Part shown: positions 31,812 through 40,477 of the stretch, one piece after another
Layout of the letters: the number at the start of each line of letters is the position of its first letter
Numbering within the stretch: the first letter of the stretch is position 1
Source of the DNA: Bacteroidota bacterium
GTDB taxonomy: Bacteria; Bacteroidota; Ignavibacteria; UBA10030
Length of the DNA: 64,000 nucleotides
Direction: 5' to 3'
Assembly (NCBI GenBank): GCA_050015675.1
Contig: JBEKAY010000001.1
Coordinates: 70,067-134,066, forward strand
Notes under the pieces: model-generated
Seen by the model: only the letters and a program-made list of their open reading frames with translations
Told to the model about the DNA's origin: nothing
The model's database searches: none
Position numbers and translations under genes: made by a program

Positions 31812-33354
31812 TTACGGCCCAAATATTATCTTTTGAAAGTTTATTGGTTAAAATATTTTCTACAGCTTCCATGGCAGACAACATAGAGTGATCCATATTA
31901 TTGTATCTATGGGTCCCATTTCTTCCAATTAAAAACAGGTTGTCAATTTTATCTATATAATCCTTTATCAAATGAAATTTATCATACGTGCCAAAATAAG
32001 CGGGATAAGCTTTTGGTACTTTAACCCTGCAACTGTCGAGGACATCATTCTTATCAATTATATTTATTTTTTCTAATTCATTTATTGCAAAACTAATAAA
32101 CTCATCATCTTTCATATTCCATAATTCATCGTCTTCATTGCTGAAGTATTCCAGGCCGATCCAGACAGTATCCTTGAAATCTTTAACTAAATAAGGGCTC
32201 CAATTATTAAATATCTGTAATCTTCCAATTTTAACATCTTTTTCCTGAATATATATCCACAAATCCGGAACAATATTATTTATAGTTGCAATTTTTGTTT
32301 TATTTATAAGTTTAATTTTTTTCAATAATAACCCTACAGTTATTAAATTTCTATAAACCAAGCCTGAGGCAACATGCTTAACTGCATTATCCTCAATATT
32401 AAGACTTTTAATCAAATCTTTTACAGGCATTGAAGATATAAAATAATCGCTTTGAACAGATATTTTTTTATCTTCAGTTCTATCATATATGACTGCTTCA
32501 ATAATTTTCCCATCATTTTTTTCTAATCCGATGACTTCATGGTTTAAAAAAATTTTGCCTCCCATTTCCTCAATTTCTTTTGCAACTTCCTGCCATAAAT
32601 GTCCCGGGCCAAATTTGGGATATAGAAATTGTTCAATCAGGCTTGTTTCAGTATTCTTTTGACCAATAGAAGATTTGTTGGTTTTAAATATTTTTTTTGC
32701 AGCATGTATTAAAATTTTTGAAACAGAAACACCTTTAATTCTCTGGCTTCCCCAAGTGGGTTGTATCATACTGGGCGGTACGCCCCATACTTTTTCGGTA
32801 TAATCTTTAAAAAATGTTTGATAAAGCTCCTTACCAAACCTGTTAATAATAAAATCTTCAAGAGATTTTTCACTTTTTATTGGAAATATTTTTATGTATG
32901 AATAACCGTATATGATTTTAAATATTCTTAACAGCCCTAAATTATTTAAAGTTGAAAGGGATAGAGAAATGGGATAATCAAAAAATTTTCTTAAGTAGAA
33001 AATTCTAGAAATCCTGTTTCTCACGAGCATAACCTTATCTTTCTTCTCTGGGTCGGGAGCATTCTCTATTTTTGAAAACTCCTTTTCTCTTTTTAGTATT
33101 ATATCATCGAATGAAGGTTTTCCCTGAAGCGGCAGGATATCGAGCCACCAATTCATCACTTTTTCAGATTTTGAAAAGAACCTGTGCCCACCCATATCCA
33201 TTCTATTCCCATTATGGTTATATGTTTTAGAGATACCACCGATTTCATTTGTTGTTTCAAATATGATGGGAACAACATCACTTTTTTTCAGAAATTCATA
33301 TCCGGCTGTAAGACCAGCAGGACCAGCACCAATAATAATTACAGTTTTTGCCAA
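31780..33354 (-). CDS. FAD-dependent oxidoreductase (UDP-galactopyranose mutase / amine-oxidase superfamily)
   Basis: 524 aa with N-terminal [17 protein letters not shown]...[12 protein letters not shown]...GGHRFFS. Its end overlaps the downstream GT-C gene by 32 nt. Confidence 0.65.
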   Translation of the reverse strand: MAKTVIIIGAGPAGLTAGYEFLKKSDVVPIIFETTNEIGGISKTYNHNGNRMDMGGHRFFSKSEKVMNWWLDILPLQGKPSFDDIILKREKEFSKIENAPDPEKKDKVMLVRNRISRIFYLRKFFDYPISLSLSTLNNLGLLRIFKIIYGYSYIKIFPIKSEKSLEDFIINRFGKELYQTFFKDYTEKVWGVPPSMIQPTWGSQRIKGVSVSKILIHAAKKIFKTNKSSIGQKNTETSLIEQFLYPKFGPGHLWQEVAKEIEEMGGKIFLNHEVIGLEKNDGKIIEAVIYDRTEDKKISVQSDYFISSMPVKDLIKSLNIEDNAVKHVASGLVYRNLITVGLLLKKIKLINKTKIATINNIVPDLWIYIQEKDVKIGRLQIFNNWSPYLVKDFKDTVWIGLEYFSNEDDELWNMKDDEFISFAINELEKINIIDKNDVLDSCRVKVPKAYPAYFGTYDKFHLIKDYIDKIDNLFLIGRNGTHRYNNMDHSMLSAMEAVENILTNKLSKDNIWAVNAEEDYHEEK

Positions 33355-33571
33355 ACTTCAAAGCCTTCAAATTTTGTTTAAATAATAATATCCTGAATAA
33401 AAAATTATACAATAATAACAGAAATTAACTTAAAACTTAAATAACTCCAAATTTTGTATTAAAAATGCAAATTACCTTAAAATTGATTTACTAAGTTTCT
33501 GCGTGAATAACCCTGATGCCATTGTGCAAATCAGTGCACTATGGCCTCCAGCTAAAATCCTAATATATAAT

Positions 33572-33832
33572 CTATGATAAAAGTACGGCCACAAAAAACC
33601 AAATAAACATTTTATCCTTTTGCTTCATATTTTTTATACTGCCAATAATATTATTGGTTATTATTTTTATTTCGTTGAACGGTTTTACTAATGAATGATT
33701 TTCATTTTCATTCCGTACGCCCCCCTCAACTTTTTGTTTTCCTGCTGTTTTTTTAACTTCCATGTTCTTTTTAGCCAATAAATTTTTCTTGGCTTGTCTT
33801 TCTTGCATGCCGCCCAACGTCCGCGGCAACAA
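33572..33832 (-). pseudogene. 5' stub of a GT-C gene paralogous to 27740-29746
   Basis: Encodes ...KNMEVKKTAGKQKVEGGVRNENENHSLVKPFNEIKIITNNIIGSIKNMKQKDKMFIWFFVAVLLS*. The intact gene begins MEKNMETKKIAGKQKVEGGVRKENENHSLVKPFNEIKTIINNIIGSIKNVKQKDKMFFWFFVAILLSTVLKY... Homology and the reading frame both end at 33575. Confidence 0.8.
33575..33820. repeat. direct repeat copy 2
   Basis: See 29545-29790. This is the same 246-nt block, 4030 nt away. Confidence 0.9.
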
Positions 33833-33942
33833 TGCAGTGGCGCCAAACGATGTAATTGGATGATGGCACCATTGAGTGAACTCCTTTAACTAATATGTTA
33901 TGCGTGAACGCCATTGTTGCCGCTGTTAGTTGTAGTTGCCGC

Positions 33943-34116
33943 TCATTTCAAAAGCAAAAGCTTCTTCGCTACACTGTAATTCCCAGCCTGAAGTCTATAG
34001 AAATACACTCCGTTGGGCAAGTTGCTTGCGCTGAAAGTTACCGAATGATTCCCCGCGCTCTGACGTTCACTGATCAGTGTTTGTAATTCCCTACCAAGTA
34101 TATCATACACCTTCAT
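33943..34116 (-). pseudogene. orphan T9SS Por-tail (C-terminal sorting domain) fragment
   Basis: The minus strand reads MKVYDILGRELQTLISERQSAGNHSVTFSASNLPNGVYFYRLQAGNYSVAKKLLLLK*. This is the last ~57 aa of a T9SS CTD, with an in-frame stop just upstream. It is under 60 aa, so it is not in the ORF track. Confidence 0.7.
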
Positions 34117-34246
34117 AACCACAAGAACATTGTTCGGCTATCGATTCTCTCATTGTTTGTTGACGAGATTTATCCTGTTCTAATGTTGCTAAATGAATGG
34201 GACAACTATCACATGTCAAGCCGCAATATGCTAACATTATTTCCAT
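34103..34246 (-). pseudogene. DUF3795-like N-terminal fragment
   Basis: The minus strand reads MEIMLAYCGLTCDSCPIHLATLEQDKSRQQTMRESIAEQCSCGYEGV* (47 aa). The M.AYCGL.C..CP motif is DUF3795-like. The fragment runs into the T9SS tail fragment in another frame. Confidence 0.5.
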
Positions 34247-34269
34247 TTTGTTGGCAGGCGTTTTTCTAA

Positions 34270-36114
34270 TTAATGGCTTAACTTTTGAAGTTCTTGTTGA
34301 GCTTTAATTTTAAGATTTAGAGATTTTTCATCGTTAGGATTTAACTTCAGTACCTTTTCGCAATCCTCTATTACGCCAGTTAAATTTTTTAAATAATATT
34401 TGGCTAAAGATCGATTACTATAGGCATCAAAATATTTTGGATTAATTTCAATGGCTTTATCAAAATTAATTATCGCCTCTTGGAAATTACCTGTTGATCC
34501 CATTGCTATCCCTTTGCAGTTATATGCTTCTGCACTATTTGGACGTAGAGAAATAAATTTATCAAAATCATTTATAGCATCTTTAAAATTTCCTAAACTT
34601 ATATTTACAACACCCCTATGATAATAGGGAGCCGCATATTTGTTATTTATAGAAATTGCAATATTAAAATCTGCTATTGCCCCAGATTTATCACCCATGT
34701 TTGATTTTATAAATCCCCTATTACAATAAGCCAGATCATAAGTGGGGCAAATAGCTATAGCTTTGTCAAAATCCTTGATAGCCCCTTGAAAATCATTATT
34801 GATACTTTTTATATATCCTCTGTTATGGTATGCAAAATCAGAATTTGAGTTTTGGGAGACGGCTGAATTATAATAAGTCATTGGATCAGAATAAGGACGA
34901 GACTTTATAAAGGAGATAGAACATAGAAATACAAAAATGACAACCATTAACCAAGATTTTTTAATATCTCCGTTTTCAAACCATTTCTTAGGAAGTGTAA
35001 ATAGTACAAATAACATTATACCAATCAAGGGAAGAAAGAAACGATGATCTAAATATTCTATATGTTTCTGTTTGGATAGCAATGTTGGCAATATTAAAAT
35101 TAAGAACCAGGAAAGACAAAATATTTTTTCTTTTTTTGACCTTTCTATGTTATGAAGAAATATGATAATAATTATTACTATTATCCCTAAACCAAGTAAA
35201 GTTTTAAAAAAAGAAAAACCTGGAATTGGAGCCATATCGAAAGGTAAGAAGAACTTTGTTATAGATTCGGGTATTGTTCGTAAATTTGATGGGATTGGTA
35301 TTGGTATTAATCTAACCGCATTATTTCGATCTAAAAAATCCCCTCCAATTGCTTTGGAACGCAACCAATACCAAAATATTCCGGAAATAGCATAAAGAAT
35401 AATGTTGAGAATGTATTTCTTTTCATAACGATTTTCAAATGCAAAAGTGAAGTAATATATAATGAACAGAAAAGGGAGAAATGCTGCAGTTTCTTTACAG
35501 AATAATGCAATTGTAAAAGCAGCCCAATGTAAAAACAAGTATATGATCTTTCCCTTCTGGAGAAGTTCTATGAGAAACAAAAATGATAATAAAGAAAAAA
35601 GTAACAGTAGCAATTCTTCACTTGCCACTATCCATGCTATCGATGATACGAAAAGCGGATGTGAACAATAAACCAACGTACTTAATAAAGCTAATTTTGG
35701 TGGTATTAAAAACCGCTTGAGCAAAAGAAAAAGTAAACATGCGATTAATCCTAAAAGCAATATACTAGTGAGGTGATACATCCATGCATTATTCCCCCCT
35801 GATAAATGTATATCAACCATGAACAACAATGTTTGCAGAGGACGATAGAATGGGCTAGTCTTTATAATAAATGGATCAGTTAGAAATGCTTGAGGCGCAT
35901 TTCCAAAATTGCTCAAGAAAGCAATATTATTTAAGATCATGCCATCATCATCAAAATAAATAAAGCCAAAGCTAAGAGTTTGCAAGTAAAGCAATACGGG
36001 CAGGCAAAAAACGATAATAACGGGAAGGATTGTATCTTTCTTGTCTTTTAGAAAAGTAAAAAGTATTTGCTTCGAATGTAATACTTCTTTGTTGGCAGTT
36101 AAATTTTTCATCAT
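34270..36114 (-). CDS. GT-C-type membrane protein with C-terminal TPR repeats (TMTC/PMT-like O-glycosyltransferase architecture)
   Basis: 614 aa. The N-terminus has FIYFDDDGMILNN ... SPFYRPLQTLLFMVD (the DD...N / YRPL motifs of TPR-linked mannosyltransferase-like proteins) and ~10 TM segments. About 6 TPR units follow (AYHNRGYIK, AYCNRGFIK, PYYHRGVVN, AYNCKGIAM, AYSNRSLAK). Confidence 0.65.
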   Translation of the reverse strand: MMKNLTANKEVLHSKQILFTFLKDKKDTILPVIIVFCLPVLLYLQTLSFGFIYFDDDGMILNNIAFLSNFGNAPQAFLTDPFIIKTSPFYRPLQTLLFMVDIHLSGGNNAWMYHLTSILLLGLIACLLFLLLKRFLIPPKLALLSTLVYCSHPLFVSSIAWIVASEELLLLLFSLLSFLFLIELLQKGKIIYLFLHWAAFTIALFCKETAAFLPFLFIIYYFTFAFENRYEKKYILNIILYAISGIFWYWLRSKAIGGDFLDRNNAVRLIPIPIPSNLRTIPESITKFFLPFDMAPIPGFSFFKTLLGLGIIVIIIIIFLHNIERSKKEKIFCLSWFLILILPTLLSKQKHIEYLDHRFFLPLIGIMLFVLFTLPKKWFENGDIKKSWLMVVIFVFLCSISFIKSRPYSDPMTYYNSAVSQNSNSDFAYHNRGYIKSINNDFQGAIKDFDKAIAICPTYDLAYCNRGFIKSNMGDKSGAIADFNIAISINNKYAAPYYHRGVVNISLGNFKDAINDFDKFISLRPNSAEAYNCKGIAMGSTGNFQEAIINFDKAIEINPKYFDAYSNRSLAKYYLKNLTGVIEDCEKVLKLNPNDEKSLNLKIKAQQELQKLSH

Positions 36115-36127
36115 TTTGTACTTTACA

Positions 36128-36229
36128 TTAAGAAATGTAGTTTTTGAGACTAATTTTTTCGATCGTGTCTTTGCTGTTGTAAACAGGTATTACGACAGAT
36201 AGGGATTTGTTTTCAGGTTTTAATTCCAT
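36128..36229 (-). pseudogene. GT2 glycosyltransferase N-terminal stub
   Basis: The minus strand reads MELKPENKSLSVVIPVYNSKDTIEKISLKNYIS* (33 aa). LSVVIPVYN is the canonical GT2 start, and the frame is terminated after 33 codons. Confidence 0.55.
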
Positions 36230-36708
36230 TGAGTATTTTAATTTTTTTAGTTTGTGTTGATTTGGATAAAAAAAATACTCTTGAATATTACTTTTCATTT
36301 TTGAATATCATTTGTGCTATATTTTTTTGCCTTACCGCCAACGGTAAGTATATAAAAAGTAGGCGTTTGAAAGGCACTTCTCTTTTCAAGTTACACAAAG
36401 GCTAAAGCGGGCTGAAACTTTGAATTTACTACTATCCCGCCTATTTTTTGTATAAATTGTTGTAGTGCGTTTCTATTTAATTTTTAATGCTAAATCATTT
36501 TTAGTCAAGAATTACGTTGTTTCATTTTTTTCATCATAATTAAACAGTATTTTTGAATTTATCTTATAGTCCTTTTAAAAAAGATAATCCATTAATTTTC
36601 TGTTTACTTCTTTCTGCTCATTTCAAATCCAATTTTAATAGGGAAATCAGTCCCATTTGGATTGGATGTGTGGATATAAATAGAATCTTCGAAGTGGCTT
36701 GCCAAATC

Positions 36709-37485
36709 TTATTGAATAGGCTTCCATGGCTTATCCACTCTTTTAGGTAGCGCGTTTATCCTTTTCCTAATTCTATTAAGAGCTCCTATACTTATTTTAT
36801 CTTTTTTTATAAAAAGAAAATCTCTTTCAAATTCAATAATTTGATAATCGTTTTCAAAGTTTGAAACTGCTTCTTCTTTTTCAATATCTTGCAAATGTTC
36901 GTGTTCAAAAAGTATAATAATCGGAGTATGTTTCTTCAAGTTTAGTTGTGATAATACTTTCCAGTCATAGCCTTCTGTATCGATATGAAGAAGCTCTAAA
37001 TTATTAATATTGTTAGTCTCAAAAAGTTGATCAAGAGTTACTGTTTTGATTTCTATTTCTTCAATAAATGGTTCTAGTATACCGTCGAGATGCTTTATGA
37101 TGTGTGTTTTATCAAAAGAGCCTAATTGGTCATACCAATTTGGGAGGTTTTCAAGTTTTTTGTTTGCTTCCTTATTAACACAATAGAATACCTGTTTTGA
37201 TCCATCATTAATAGCTACATCATCAAAACGAAATCTGGAGTCGTTGGGGTAATTACTCTTTAATTTTTCAAAAAGATAAGGTACTGGCTCAACTAAAAGA
37301 ACTTTCCATTTCGATTTTGTTAAAGCGAGATGAAAAATCGGATCTCCAGTTATCCCATTATTCGATCCGATTTGAACTATATCACAATCGGCATTTTTAA
37401 TATATTTTTTAATTATTTTCGATACTATTTTTCTTTCGGGATCCAAATCTTCAGCTAATAATAGGTTTTTAGAATATTTTTTCAT
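36709..37485 (-). CDS. FkbM-family methyltransferase
   Basis: 258 aa. It has VQIGSNNGITGDP (SAM-binding glycine-rich loop) and LLHIDTEGYDWKVL, characteristic of the FkbM family. Confidence 0.65.
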   Translation of the reverse strand: MKKYSKNLLLAEDLDPERKIVSKIIKKYIKNADCDIVQIGSNNGITGDPIFHLALTKSKWKVLLVEPVPYLFEKLKSNYPNDSRFRFDDVAINDGSKQVFYCVNKEANKKLENLPNWYDQLGSFDKTHIIKHLDGILEPFIEEIEIKTVTLDQLFETNNINNLELLHIDTEGYDWKVLSQLNLKKHTPIIILFEHEHLQDIEKEEAVSNFENDYQIIEFERDFLFIKKDKISIGALNRIRKRINALPKRVDKPWKPIQ

Positions 37486-38005
37486 TTCTGCTTTATATGG
37501 TTTAATGTTAAATGCAACCTAAACGTTTTTGTACATTGTGAGTATAAATGCAATATATGGAGTTATGGGGCTTTTTTTATTCATTATCAAATATTTGTCG
37601 CATATAATCCTGTTTACTTATCATTAGAAACTCATCAATTATTGTAATCAATCTTATCATGGTTTCGCTGTTTTTTAAATCTTGATTAAAGATTAATTTA
37701 TTCATTTTTGCTCAAATTTTCACCTCAATTACTGCAATTATAAATTATGGCATCTATTTCGCCTGATTGGTTTGTTATGTGCCATATGGTGTTTATATTG
37801 TTTTTGTCTGTAGAGCATTATCTAGAGGATTGATAATCTTGTTTTTGGTACTAACGAATTTGCGTTCATTATACCAAACCTGTTTTTGGAAAATTGTACT
37901 CAGTTTTTTATTCATTCACAAGAGGAGCTTGCTTAACTGTTTGCTATTACGGCATTATCAATACCACCGCTAAGTCGAACGCAAAGCGTGTGTTTTTAAA
38001 ACAAC

Positions 38006-38075
38006 AGCGCCTGACACATTATCAAATGCCAGGCGCTAGCGAGGCTAATGCGCTGTCGGGGAGACAGTGCATTAG
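38006..38075. other. two adjacent strong stem-loops at the right border of the AT-rich island
   Basis: agcgcctg (38006-13) pairs with caggcgct (38030-37), giving 8 bp. ctaatgcgctgtc (38045-57) pairs with gacagtgcattag (38063-75), giving 13 bp with one G-U and loop gggga. There is no U-tract on either strand. Confidence 0.5.
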
Positions 38076-38244
38076 AAATTAATCAAGCTCCCGTTCAGTG
38101 TCAACTACGTTTTCTTTAATGGTGTCGGGAGTAGCGCTTTACGCCATTTTAAGAATGGAGTTGACCTGCCCTCCATAATGCTGAGTTTGCACTCCCGCGT
38201 GCGTCCCGAGAAAAATTCTTGGGACGGGCGGGATTTCCAAATTA

Positions 38245-38269
38245 ATGCTTGTTGCTTTAGGCAAAGCAT
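38245..38269 (-). terminator. possible weak terminator hairpin after the C1 peptidase gene
   Basis: atgct/agcat plus ttgc/gcaa stems (5+4 bp with a 2-nt bulge, loop tttag) begin 3 nt after the stop codon. The trailing UAAUUUGG is only weakly U-rich. Confidence 0.25.
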
Positions 38270-38271
38270 CC

Positions 38272-39072
38272 CTACATCTTTTCTCCTCTTCGTATCGTCC
38301 AGAGATCATCGGCAAGATTACGGTTTGCAAGATACTCGTATTGGATTGTGAAATATCCTCTCTGTCCCCAGTCGGTTCCCCACGAGTTCCGGACAATAAA
38401 TCGTTTTTGTACATCGTCATACCCAACGGCGAGCACGGCATGACCGCCGAGGGAGCGTTCGTTCGGCTGAGGCATTTGCACAACACCGGTGCGGGCAACT
38501 TCCTGCGACTCAAGACTCTCATATACAGTGAACCCGAACACAAACGGAAATCCTTCAGCAAGACACGTCCGCATGTCGTCAAGCGTTAGAATGCGATGGT
38601 ACGATGTGATTTGGCGTTTCAGCGCTTCTTTGTAACAATCTGCATTCGGTTTAATTGCAAATTTCGAAATGATGTACGGCCAGCGCGTTTCCGAACACAC
38701 TCCTTGGTTCTTCAACGTTTTAATTCCATCGCGTATCATTGCCCCTGCATCCGATTTGACGGTGCCTTCCATAGCCCGTTCATTATAATAGATAAACAAT
38801 CTACTCGCTTCCACAAATGGAACACCGTCCTTTCGTTCGAGAAATTCGATTGCGCCGGCAAGAGCATTGCCCGTACAGCTTCCGAGATTGCTTTGGTTTT
38901 CCACCGGCGAACATGTCGGGCGCAAGTCGATATGTGGTGGAAGCGCTAAGGGAGAGGGACGCACTGCGCTGTAAAGAAGATCTCGCTGGTCGGGCACATC
39001 AGGAAGCCAGCCATAACGAAACTTCTGTACTGCCTTGGATTTTGTGCGTGCTATAGATTTGCGTGGTGTCAT
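38272..39072 (-). CDS. papain-like cysteine peptidase (family C1), no signal peptide
   Basis: 266 aa. It has NQSNLGSCTGNALAGAIEF (Gln oxyanion + Cys nucleophile), GGHAVLAVGYDD (His) and VRNSWGTDWGQRGYF (Asn-Ser-Trp). The N-terminus is charged and non-hydrophobic. Confidence 0.8.
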   Translation of the reverse strand: MTPRKSIARTKSKAVQKFRYGWLPDVPDQRDLLYSAVRPSPLALPPHIDLRPTCSPVENQSNLGSCTGNALAGAIEFLERKDGVPFVEASRLFIYYNERAMEGTVKSDAGAMIRDGIKTLKNQGVCSETRWPYIISKFAIKPNADCYKEALKRQITSYHRILTLDDMRTCLAEGFPFVFGFTVYESLESQEVARTGVVQMPQPNERSLGGHAVLAVGYDDVQKRFIVRNSWGTDWGQRGYFTIQYEYLANRNLADDLWTIRRGEKM

Positions 39073-39251
39073 TGTATCCTCCTTTGATGAAAGTGTTGAA
39101 AAGTAGAAGTCATGAATTTTATCAATAACCTACATGATGTAAAACCATCGGGGCTATGAGGTAATTTATTCTACTACGAGTTCCACGTACGGCTGTCAAG
39201 TACTGGGGGAGAATCTTTTAAACGCGAAATATATCGAACAATCGACCTATG

Positions 39252-39641
39252 CTATGCGGCATATTTGAATTCATTCAGCACATTGCTTGTGTGACCAAAC
39301 CGCATTTCTGCCGTTCTGTAAATAACCTCTTTATAAATCTTAAGATCGCGCAATTCGGTAGAGAAGTTACTATTATTCCCAAACGAAGTATAAGTGTGCG
39401 CAGCAACGCGCGTAATGAGAACACGCATGGAATGAAACTCATCATCTGTTACTCCACGTTCTGAAAGTTCTGAGGCATGCTTACGCGCGGCTTGAAATAC
39501 TGTGGATGCTTCGTGAAGAATTTTTTCAGCGGACATTAAGTTGTTTTCCTCTTTCATTGTACTCAGCATCTTTGCCCATATCTGTGGATATGCATATTGA
39601 ACGCCGCGTGCGGGTTCGGAATTTTGTATGTACATTGACAT
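39252..39641 (-). CDS. hypothetical protein (129 aa), upstream neighbour of the C1 peptidase
   Basis: Only the ORF supports this call. It is helical-looking and I recognise no motif. It is on the same strand as the peptidase, 179 nt upstream. Confidence 0.45.
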   Translation of the reverse strand: MSMYIQNSEPARGVQYAYPQIWAKMLSTMKEENNLMSAEKILHEASTVFQAARKHASELSERGVTDDEFHSMRVLITRVAAHTYTSFGNNSNFSTELRDLKIYKEVIYRTAEMRFGHTSNVLNEFKYAA

Positions 39642-40477
39642 TACGATGTAATAAAACTCTTTCTAAAACTTTACAGTTCTCGTTAAGTGTGAGCAACCTT
39701 CGCAACTCAATATACAGTGAAGACGTATGGAAAAGCAAACTTGCCCATGTCGTATTATAACAAGTACGTTGTCGTAATTTCACAACGTGTTTCTGCAGCC
39801 CTGCGGCATTCTGTGAACAAGTTATCCACTCTCACTTTATCGAGAATTGATGAAAACGGCTATTTACCGTGACAAAATAAACACGCTGTGTATAAAATGA
39901 AAAACCACGGAAAAAATAATTCGACTGAGAATATTGATAAAAATTGCTCTTTGGTGATTATTACGTAAGTATTCCTAATCTTTTACTATACAATTTTGTT
40001 ATGTTTGGATGTGTTAAAGTCGCCAAATCGTTTGCGTTTCTACGACAGTAGCTACACAAAAATCGCTACAAACAATTGGTTAAAATACGACAGACAATTA
40101 GTACGTAATGGTGTAGCTTATTGTGTAAATAACGACAAGAATGCGTTTTAATTCACTGACATAACGCAAAGAAAAGTGCTGGATTTATTGCGTTATTTTT
40201 ACTTTTGTTGAAGGAAATGACCGCTTTAGTGGACGTCGTGGGTAATGTTGCCTTTGATCAAATATAAGGCTCAACGCAAATGTTGTAACGCACATTAAAT
40301 TGACACTCGGTTTTTCTTTAGTAGCTTATCATAAGATGCATTGAAAGGACTACGATGTTTGAACTTTATAAGTCGCAATCCGACCGCTCCCCTCCTCACT
40401 ATTTTCTGTTATTAACATTAAAAAAATTCTTGTCTATAGGTGGCCAATAAAAAAACTTTTTACTAAGGAGAATTAAA

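Noticed and set aside
26300-37960. Integrase, transposase or att-site boundaries for the AT-rich island (and likewise for the RM islet at 48960-54963)
   Set aside because: No recombinase-like ORF, no flanking tRNA and no terminal direct or inverted repeats could be found at the borders. I therefore do not call either region a defined mobile element.
37570-37980. Small minus-strand ORFs (43 aa at ~37570-37700; 35 aa at ~37790-37900) in the island's right-hand non-coding tract
   Set aside because: They have no RBS and no motif, and their AT-rich composition makes short ORFs likely by chance.
38139-38589. ORFs 38139-38582 (-) and 38245-38589 (+), 147 and 114 aa
   Set aside because: Both overlap the well-supported C1 peptidase gene, either out of frame or antisense, and their sequences are low-complexity. 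They are shadow ORFs.
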